64,000 bases of DNA from an uncultured candidatus Porisulfidus sp. Lineage in GTDB: Bacteria > Pseudomonadota > Gammaproteobacteria > Poriferisulfidales > Poriferisulfidaceae. The position numbers and the translations under genes are program-made. Positions 57,289 through 64,000 of this stretch are shown in pieces. The notes under the pieces were generated by a model. It did no database searches. It was not told where the DNA came from and worked only from the letters and a program-made list of their open reading frames with translations. Within the stretch, counting starts at the first letter, position 1, and each line of letters begins with the position of its first letter. The stretch covers positions 673,509 through 737,508 of the forward strand of contig CBDASZ010000001.1 of assembly GCA_965199755.1 (NCBI GenBank). Reading direction: 5' to 3'.

Positions 57289-58391
57289 TAGCGCTGCGCT
57301 CTTATGGAGGAGTGTTGCGCGGCGAGCACCAGGCCGAAGCCCAGCAAGAAGGTGAGCATCGCGCTGCCGCCGTAACTCATCAGTGGCAAGGGCAGCCCGA
57401 CCACTGGCGCGTAGCCGGTTGTCATGGAGACGTTGATGAAAATGTGCAGCAGGAAGGAGGCGCACACGCCGCCGATCAGCAGACGCAGAAAAGGCTCTGT
57501 GCAGATCCTGCTCATCATCACCAGCCGCCACAGAATCATCAGATACAAAAGCATAAGGACAGAGACTCCGATCAGGCCAAACTCTTCAGCGTAGATGGAG
57601 AAGATGAAGTCCGTGGTGTGTTCTGGCAGGAAATCAAATTGCGCCTGAGTGCTCTCGGTCCAGCCTCTGCCAGTGACACCGCCGGAACCGATGGCAATTT
57701 TAGACTGAATGATGTTGTAGCCGTGTCCAAGCGGGTCGCTCTCGGGATTGAAGAAAATGCGGATGCGCTCTTTTTGATAGCCTAACAGAAAATACTTCCA
57801 CAGCAGCGGCACACTGATGCTGCCTAAAGTGAGGCCGGCGAAAATCCAGTACCACGACACCCCGGACAGGAAAATGACGGACAGGCCAATCAGGGCGATC
57901 AAGATCGCTGTACCCAGATCCGGTTGCAGCGCGACCAGAATAAAACAGCCGGATAGCAAGGCTAAAGCGCCGCACACGCGCCAGAAGGAGGGCCGCAGAC
58001 TGGACTGGGTGAGCACCAGCGCCAGCGCCATCGGAACGGTCAGTTTCAGGAATTCAGACGGCTGTATCCTGATTGGACCCAGCGACAACCAACGACTCGC
58101 GCCACCGCTTTCGGTGCCGATTACAAGCACCAGCGCGACCAGCAGTACATTGGCGAACAGCAACGGCAGGGTGATGTTGCGAATCTGGCGCAAGGGTAGA
58201 TGCGCGATCAGCAGCAGGGCCAGCAGGCCCACGCCGATGCGGCTGCCATGGTGCATGACGGTCTGCATGTTCATGTCGCTGGCGCTGTACTGAATCATCA
58301 TGCTGATGCTCAACACCAACATCAGTAAGATCATCAAGGTGCGGTCCAGCGGCGCGCTGATTGAACCCGGTCGTAGCCAGTGCAGGTTCAT
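57288..58391 (-). CDS. mrdB: Peptidoglycan glycosyltransferase RodA (SEDS family)
   Basis: 367-aa polytopic membrane protein with FAEEFGLIG and a SEDS-family C-terminus; 4-nt overlap with mrdA. Confidence 0.92.
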   Translation of the reverse strand: MNLHWLRPGSISAPLDRTLMILLMLVLSISMMIQYSASDMNMQTVMHHGSRIGVGLLALLLIAHLPLRQIRNITLPLLFANVLLVALVLVIGTESGGASRWLSLGPIRIQPSEFLKLTVPMALALVLTQSSLRPSFWRVCGALALLSGCFILVALQPDLGTAILIALIGLSVIFLSGVSWYWIFAGLTLGSISVPLLWKYFLLGYQKERIRIFFNPESDPLGHGYNIIQSKIAIGSGGVTGRGWTESTQAQFDFLPEHTTDFIFSIYAEEFGLIGVSVLMLLYLMILWRLVMMSRICTEPFLRLLIGGVCASFLLHIFINVSMTTGYAPVVGLPLPLMSYGGSAMLTFLLGFGLVLAAQHSSIRAQR

Positions 58392-60241
58392 AAGGAGGCA
58401 CCCTCGGGCAGCAGATAGGAATCCAGCAGACGTCGCGCCATCGGTGCGGCTACCGTCGAGCCATGCCCGCCGTTCTCCACGATTACGGCCAGCGCGATGA
58501 TGGGCTTATCGGCCGGCGCGAAGGCAATGAACAGGGAATGATCGCGCAGGTGCTCAACGATGTTTTCGGTCTCCAGATACTCAGTGCCGTAGTTGATGAC
58601 TTGCGCGGTGCCGGTCTTGCCGGCGATCTGATAACTGAGCCCGCGACCGGATGCTCTGGCGGTGCCGTTGTCAGCATGAACGACGTCAATCATGGCGTTG
58701 GTGACCAGATCCCACCATAGCGGGTTGCGGAGCGTGATGCGCGCGACCTCTTCCGTGGGCAGGGAGATGAGCTCGCCGTCATGCTCTACCGCGCGCACCA
58801 GACGCGGGCGCATGCGTACTCCGCGTGTCGCCAGCGTGGCGGTGGCGACTGCCAGTTGCAACGGGGTAGTCAGCATGTAGCCTTGACCGATACCGGTGTT
58901 GATGGTTTCGCCGGGATACCAGGGCTGACCTAGTGAGGCTTCCTTCCAGGCCGGCGATGGCAACAGTCCTGGCTTCTCGCCGGGCAGATCAACATGCTGC
59001 AATGCGCCGAAGCCGAATTGCGCAAGGAAATCATGAATGTGCGTAATCCCCATCCGATGCGCCAGCGAATAAAAGTACACGTCACAAGACTGCGTGATGG
59101 AATCTCCCAAGGTGACCCAGCCGTGGCCGTATTTCTTCCAGTCGCGGAAGGGGCGATCGTAATTCGGCAACTTGAAATGTGGGCCGGCGAAAAAGCGCTT
59201 GGTCGGCGTGGCGTGACCCGATTCAAGCCCGGCCAGCGCCATGAAGGGTTTAATCGTGGACCCGGGTGCGTATCTTCCTTGAACCGACCGGTTTAACATA
59301 GGTTTATAGATATTTTCTGATAATTGCCTATATAGAGATGAAGCCAGACTGCTACCGAACAGTTCGGGGTTGTAAGTCGGAGAACTCACCAGCGCGAGAA
59401 TGTCGCCGCTGTCCGGTTCAATGGCGACGATTGAGCCACGTCGGTCGGTCAGTTCGAGACTGGCGGCCTGCTGCAGCTCGGCATCCAGCGTCAGAAGCAG
59501 GTTGCTGCCGGCTTTCGGGATCTGGTGGTGGTCGGTTTTCAGAATGCGTCCCCGCACGTTGACTTCTGTTTGCGCAAGGCCCGGCAGGCCATGCAGTTTG
59601 TCCTCGTAATGCCGCTCCAGACCGGTGCGCCCGATGCGCAGGGTGTTGCGGTAGCGGGCGCGGTCAATGTGCAGTTTGTCCTGTTTGTTGATGCGCGACA
59701 TGTAGCCGAGCATGTGCGCGGTAGCCTCGGCATAGGCGTAGCGACGCCATGGATAGGCACCGACATGGACGCCTTCGAAGCGATGCAAGTTCACCGCGAG
59801 GCGCGCGAGCTCGGATTGCGACAGATGCTGCTTCAGCGTGTTCATGGTGTGCCGGTGCTCACGGCTGTGGCGGAGAAACGCCTGCAGTTCCTGATCGTTG
59901 ATCGGGACCAGTTGCTGCAGTTCCTCAAGCGTCTGACTCAGATCTGAAACTTGCGCTGGAATCAAGCGCAATTCGTACTGCGCGTCGTTGTCCGCCAGCA
60001 CGGTGCCGTGGCGATCGAAGATCAGTCCGCGCGGCGGCGAGATGGCTACCTGTCGCAAGCGGTTCGCTTTTGATTGCGCGCTGAAGTGTGCGGTGTGCAC
60101 GGTTTGCATCTGCCCGATTTCAAACAGCAGCAGGAGTATGGCGACGGTGCCAACGGTCAGCAGTAGACGCAGACGCCGGTCGATTTTCCGCAGCCGCCGG
60201 CGTGTGGTGTGGGTAGCGCTGGCGAGGTAGGGCAAGTTCAT
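58388..60241 (-). CDS. mrdA: Penicillin-binding protein 2 (elongasome transpeptidase)
   Basis: 617 aa; STIKP (SxxK), SCD-type and KTGTA motifs. Confidence 0.92.
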   Translation of the reverse strand: MNLPYLASATHTTRRRLRKIDRRLRLLLTVGTVAILLLLFEIGQMQTVHTAHFSAQSKANRLRQVAISPPRGLIFDRHGTVLADNDAQYELRLIPAQVSDLSQTLEELQQLVPINDQELQAFLRHSREHRHTMNTLKQHLSQSELARLAVNLHRFEGVHVGAYPWRRYAYAEATAHMLGYMSRINKQDKLHIDRARYRNTLRIGRTGLERHYEDKLHGLPGLAQTEVNVRGRILKTDHHQIPKAGSNLLLTLDAELQQAASLELTDRRGSIVAIEPDSGDILALVSSPTYNPELFGSSLASSLYRQLSENIYKPMLNRSVQGRYAPGSTIKPFMALAGLESGHATPTKRFFAGPHFKLPNYDRPFRDWKKYGHGWVTLGDSITQSCDVYFYSLAHRMGITHIHDFLAQFGFGALQHVDLPGEKPGLLPSPAWKEASLGQPWYPGETINTGIGQGYMLTTPLQLAVATATLATRGVRMRPRLVRAVEHDGELISLPTEEVARITLRNPLWWDLVTNAMIDVVHADNGTARASGRGLSYQIAGKTGTAQVINYGTEYLETENIVEHLRDHSLFIAFAPADKPIIALAVIVENGGHGSTVAAPMARRLLDSYLLPEGASL

Positions 60242-61599
60242 GGCAGCAGAATAAAGCGGCTGTGATTGCCACGCTGGACCTGCAGCAGGATTTTCTGTTT
60301 GTTGCGCTGCGCGGGCGCATGAGCGTCATTAATGGAGCGGATCGCAACGCGATTGATCGAGCGCAGCCGATCGCCGGCGCGAATGCCTTTTTGTGCGGCA
60401 GGGCTGTTAGCAGCGACCTCGATGATGGCGACGTGGGCGATGTCACCGTCGCGCTGATCGGTCAGCATCATGCCGTGCATGGCAGGATGCAAGGCATCGC
60501 CGGAAATGCGCAGACTCTCGGTGGCGGCGCGTACGCGCAGCACTTCGCTGCCTCGAGACAGTTCGATCTCGACTTCGCGCCCGGCGCGCAGCAAGCCGAG
60601 GACGCGGCGCATGTCGTCGACGTTGCGGATTTCCTTCCCGTCAATGCGCCGCAGAATATCGCCAGTGCGAATGCCGGCGGCTGCCGCTGGTGAGTCGTCG
60701 ATGACTTCCGTGATAACCACACCTTCGCTTGGCGGGACGCCGAACGCGGCCGCCAGATCCGGGGTCAGCGCCTGCGCTTGTACGCCCAGCTGGCCGCGCT
60801 GAACTTCACCGTATTCAATGAGCTGATCAGTGACTTGCAGCACCATGGCAATCGGGATCGCGAAGCCGATGCCGATGTTGCCGCCGGAGCGGCTCAAGAT
60901 GGCGGTGTTGATGCCAATCAGTTCGCCGCGCAGGCTGACCAAGGCACCGCCAGAGTTGCCGGGATTAATGGAAGCGTCGGTCTGAATGAAATTTTCATAG
61001 CCGTGCGTGCGAAACACGCCACTGCGGCCCAGTGCGCTGATAATGCCGGAGGTGACGGTTTGTCCGAGTCCGAACGGATTGCCGATGGCCACCACGAAGT
61101 CACCGACGCGCAAGGTCTCGGAAGCGGCGATCGGCAAGCTGCTGAGGTTGTCGCTGTCAATGCGCAGCATGGCGACGTCAGTTTCGTCGTCCGAGCCGAT
61201 CAACTCCGCCTTCAGTTCACGCCCGTCATGCAAGGTGACGCTGATGTCGCTGGCCTGCTCGATCAGGTGATGGTTGGTAACGACATAGCCGCGCTCGGCA
61301 TCAATGATGACGCCGGTGCCCAGACCGCGGCGCACGCGCTTGCGGTTGCGCTGACTGGGGAAGTCGCGGAAGAAATGCCGGAAGAACGGATCCTGAAACA
61401 GCGGACTGGCGCGCACCACTTCCTCGTGCGCGGTGGAGATATTGACCACCGCCGGCACCACGCTCTCAAGCATCGGGGCCAAAGAGGGCGGCGCGTCACT
61501 GTCCGTACTCCACGGCCATTGCGCCCATGCGGCAGGGAGTGAGAGCGCAACAATGAGTGCGACGGCGCGTCGCAGACCAGCGGCAGAAGAAGACGTCAT
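60238..61599 (-). CDS. Periplasmic serine endoprotease DegP/DegQ/MucD family (trypsin domain plus 2 PDZ)
   Basis: Catalytic triad context HVVTNHHLI, DVAML, GNSGGALV; two PDZ-like segments. Confidence 0.88.
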   Translation of the reverse strand: MTSSSAAGLRRAVALIVALSLPAAWAQWPWSTDSDAPPSLAPMLESVVPAVVNISTAHEEVVRASPLFQDPFFRHFFRDFPSQRNRKRVRRGLGTGVIIDAERGYVVTNHHLIEQASDISVTLHDGRELKAELIGSDDETDVAMLRIDSDNLSSLPIAASETLRVGDFVVAIGNPFGLGQTVTSGIISALGRSGVFRTHGYENFIQTDASINPGNSGGALVSLRGELIGINTAILSRSGGNIGIGFAIPIAMVLQVTDQLIEYGEVQRGQLGVQAQALTPDLAAAFGVPPSEGVVITEVIDDSPAAAAGIRTGDILRRIDGKEIRNVDDMRRVLGLLRAGREVEIELSRGSEVLRVRAATESLRISGDALHPAMHGMMLTDQRDGDIAHVAIIEVAANSPAAQKGIRAGDRLRSINRVAIRSINDAHAPAQRNKQKILLQVQRGNHSRFILLP

Positions 61600-61637
61600 G
61601 GCAGATTGTTGGAGGCCATCACACTCCGCGTGCTATT

Positions 61638-62156
61638 CTACTCCCCAAGTCGGGGCATCAACTCCACCAGATTGCACGGGCGGGTGCGGTAATCGAGTTG
61701 CTTCTCGATCAGCTTCTCCCAAGCGTCGCGGCAGGCTCCGGGCGAGCCCGGCAACACGAAGATATAGCGCCCGTTGGCGACGCCGGCCAAGGCGCGGGAT
61801 TGTAAGGTTGAGGTGCCGATGACCTCATAAGAGAGCATGCGAAACATCTCGCCGAATCCGTCGATTTTCTTGTCGAGCAGAGGGGTGATGGCTTCAGGTG
61901 TGCCGTCGCGACCGGTGACGCCAGTGCCGCCGGTACTGAGGATGACCTGCACGTCGGGGGTGAGCAGCCAGGTGCTGACTTGCGCGCGAATGGCATATAT
62001 GTCGTCCGGCACCAGCACGCGGGCCGCCAGTTGGTGTCCAGCGGCTTCGAGGCGCTCGACCAGCAGATCGCCGGATTTGTCCTCGGCGCGCTCGCGGCTG
62101 TCGGATACGGTCAGCACCGCAATCCCCAAAGCCCTAAATTCGCGCGTGCTCATCAC
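61638..62156 (-). CDS. moaB: Molybdenum cofactor biosynthesis protein B (MoaB/Mog family)
   Basis: 172 aa, GIAVLTVSDSR and STGGTGVTGRDGTPEA motifs. Confidence 0.8.
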   Translation of the reverse strand: MMSTREFRALGIAVLTVSDSRERAEDKSGDLLVERLEAAGHQLAARVLVPDDIYAIRAQVSTWLLTPDVQVILSTGGTGVTGRDGTPEAITPLLDKKIDGFGEMFRMLSYEVIGTSTLQSRALAGVANGRYIFVLPGSPGACRDAWEKLIEKQLDYRTRPCNLVELMPRLGE

Positions 62157-62183
62157 ACTGTTCCTCTCTTCGTAGTATACGAC

Positions 62184-62852
62184 TCACAGCAGCGCTTGCA
62201 GGTCCTCGCGCGTCACCGTGCCGCGATGCAAGGCGGAGGCGACCAGTACATCGTAGTCGGCCTCAAGCAGTGAGCGCACATCCATGGCATCACGCAGGCC
62301 GCCGGCCGCGATCCAGCGGCGCTTGGGGGCGTGGTTCCGTAGCCGTTGCAGCAAGGGCCAGTCCGGCCCGTGCAGAGAGCCGACCCGATGCAGGGCCATG
62401 GCGATGACTTGTTCGGGCCAGCGCTGCGGCTGCGCCCAGATCTGTTGCCCCCCGATCAGGCCGGTCTGATCGAAGTCAAGCGACAACACCGGGATATCAT
62501 GTTGTGGCCAGTCCTGGGTGTATTCGGTGCCGTACACGGCACGGGCATTTTCAGGCCAAGGAGTCTCTGTCGGATCAATGGGGCCTGCGTCAATCCAGAA
62601 CTCAACGTTCGGATGCTGTGTGCAAAGTTCTACAATAAGTCCGCTTTGCGGGGCTTCGCCCATCAAGGCATCCAGATCGGCAAGATAGAAGACCGGAAAT
62701 GCAAACAGCGCCAGCACAGCCTCCACTACCGCACCCGGCTTTGTATCGGGTGTCAGCACGGAGCGAATCGGCTGATAGTCAGCACGCTCGCCACGGACGG
62801 CCTGAACGACTTGGCCTTGCCTGATATCCAGTACGGGAATGACACGACGCAT
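62184..62852 (-). CDS. HisA/HisF-like (beta/alpha)8 barrel protein, standalone paralogue
   Basis: N-terminal VIPVLDIRQGQVVQAVRGERADY parallels HisA [21 protein letters not shown]; C-terminal AAGGLRDAMDV...VLVASALHRG parallels the HisA C-terminal phosphate-binding motif. Confidence 0.65.
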   Translation of the reverse strand: MRRVIPVLDIRQGQVVQAVRGERADYQPIRSVLTPDTKPGAVVEAVLALFAFPVFYLADLDALMGEAPQSGLIVELCTQHPNVEFWIDAGPIDPTETPWPENARAVYGTEYTQDWPQHDIPVLSLDFDQTGLIGGQQIWAQPQRWPEQVIAMALHRVGSLHGPDWPLLQRLRNHAPKRRWIAAGGLRDAMDVRSLLEADYDVLVASALHRGTVTREDLQALL

Positions 62853-62853
62853 G

Positions 62854-63798
62854 ATGAAGATTCTGGTGTATGAGATGATCTGCGCGGGCGGGTATTACCA
62901 ATCGCCGCCGGAGGACATGCTGTCTCAGGGGCGAGACATGCTGGAGGCGGTGCTGAAAGATGTTGCGGCGTTGTCCCCGAAGGTGTCAGTTTATACTGTA
63001 CTGGATCACCGCTGGGCTTTTGAGACTCCCGGAGACTGTCGTATTGTCGCCGCGGATGACAACTGGCTGGACGTATGGCAGGAGCAGTTGCGCCAGTGCG
63101 ACGCGGCGCTGGTGATCGCGCCGGAAGGTGATCAGCAACTGGAGACTTTCTGCATGGATGTGTGGGAGGAGGAGAAGGTGAGTCTGAATTGCGGCCCCGA
63201 GGCCATTCATCTGTGCGCAGACAAGTTGGCGCTGAATCGCTTTTTGCGAGAGTGTGGCGTCGCCGCGGTCGAGACCCGCAGTATCAAGCCCGGACAGGAC
63301 TGCGACGTCGGTGGCGTCATCAAGCCGCGTGACGGTGCCGGCTGCGAGCACACGTGGCGCGTTACAACCGAGCAATGCTGTCCGGCACCCAAGGAACCCG
63401 ATATGGAATGGATTTGGCAGCCGTGGTGTGAGGGGACGCCGGTCAGTCTGAGTTTGCGATTTACGGGCCTGGGGGTCGAGGTGCTATCGCTCAATCGGTT
63501 GCTGTGGGAGGAGCGCGATGGCGTCTTGTCAAACCCCGGAGTGGAAGTGGGAGTGTTGGGCGACGATAAAGCGCTACACAAGAAAGCGGTGGATCTGGCG
63601 GTGGATCTTGAGTCTTTTGTGGAGGACTTGCGCGGCTATGTGGGCGTGGACGCGATCTGGGATGGGACGAACCTGGCCCTGCTTGAGATCAATCCGCGTA
63701 TCACGTTGGCATACGCCGGACTGAAGCGTGATGAGAATGACAGATCGCTCGGCGAAGGTTTACTGGACGCGCATGGGTTGAGTGGGGTACTCACATGA
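62854..63798 (+). CDS. ATP-grasp family ligase-like protein (family by inference)
   Basis: About 315 aa; pre-ATP-grasp-like N-terminal half and ALLEINPR-containing C-terminal half; stop overlaps the next start (ATGA). Confidence 0.5.
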   Translation: MKILVYEMICAGGYYQSPPEDMLSQGRDMLEAVLKDVAALSPKVSVYTVLDHRWAFETPGDCRIVAADDNWLDVWQEQLRQCDAALVIAPEGDQQLETFCMDVWEEEKVSLNCGPEAIHLCADKLALNRFLRECGVAAVETRSIKPGQDCDVGGVIKPRDGAGCEHTWRVTTEQCCPAPKEPDMEWIWQPWCEGTPVSLSLRFTGLGVEVLSLNRLLWEERDGVLSNPGVEVGVLGDDKALHKKAVDLAVDLESFVEDLRGYVGVDAIWDGTNLALLEINPRITLAYAGLKRDENDRSLGEGLLDAHGLSGVLT

Positions 63799-64000
63799 GC
63801 CAGATCATCGGCTGGGACATTGGCGGTGCGCACATCAAGGCGGTGCAGATCAATGAGAAAGGTCAGGCCGTACGCATCTGGTATCGGGTTGCGCCGTTGT
63901 GGCGTGGTATGCATCGACTGACCGACTCGATCACGGCGATCCGGGCCTCGGTGCAAGAGCAGGAGATCGCGCATGCTGTGACCATGTCGGGGGAACTCGC
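63795..64000 (+). CDS. Hydantoinase/oxoprolinase-N-terminal-like protein, partial (continues past the window end)
   Basis: MSQIIGWDIGGAHIKAV resembles the ASKHA/hydantoinase N-terminal glycine-rich start also seen in the H4MPT-linked TIGR03123 family; only 68 aa visible. Confidence 0.4.
   Translation, partial: MSQIIGWDIGGAHIKAVQINEKGQAVRIWYRVAPLWRGMHRLTDSITAIRASVQEQEIAHAVTMSGEL

Overview
This looks like a high-GC gammaproteobacterial chromosome segment (inferred: about 58-62% GC in core genes; the qmoAB-hdrCB genes suggest a sulfur-oxidising lifestyle). Most of the window is conserved housekeeping DNA. Positions 1-16058 on the plus strand hold the tail of the alpha operon (rpsD partial, rpoA, rplQ), a tufB-type tRNA cluster (Tyr, Gly, Thr), tuf, tRNA-Trp, secE, nusG, rplKAJL and rpoBC, packed tightly, then moaA. 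A minus-strand block follows (algC-like, dut, coaBC, bioF, bioB, ubiA), then guaBA, an orphan antitoxin-like gene and tadA. Positions 27.3-34.6 kb carry an acyl-CoA synthetase coupled to a Liv-type ABC importer, followed by leuA and a family-4 uracil-DNA glycosylase. A lower-GC block (37.1-41.8 kb) abuts the 3-prime end of tmRNA (ssrA). It holds an AddB-like Fe-S PD-(D/E)XK nuclease translationally coupled to a 7Fe ferredoxin, a small hypothetical gene and a heptosyltransferase. After purL, a 15 kb co-directional minus-strand array runs degP-like, mrdA, rodA, mltB, rlpA, dacA, a class-IV aminotransferase, lipB, lipA, then qmoA-qmoB-hdrC-hdrB, a Qmo/heterodisulfide-reductase-like module with no adjacent apr/sat genes. 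The window ends with moaB and a divergent trio (HisA-like TIM barrel, ATP-grasp ligase, hydantoinase-like partial) that resembles the accessory genes of H4MPT/methanofuran-linked C1 metabolism. I found no CRISPR array, transposon or integrase. My best candidates for novelty are the ferredoxin-coupled orphan AddB-like nuclease in the ssrA-adjacent low-GC block, the orphan antitoxin between guaA and tadA, the lipBA-qmoAB-hdrCB contiguity, and the terminal H4MPT-like trio. All family assignments come from reading motifs by eye and should be confirmed with HMM or BLAST searches.
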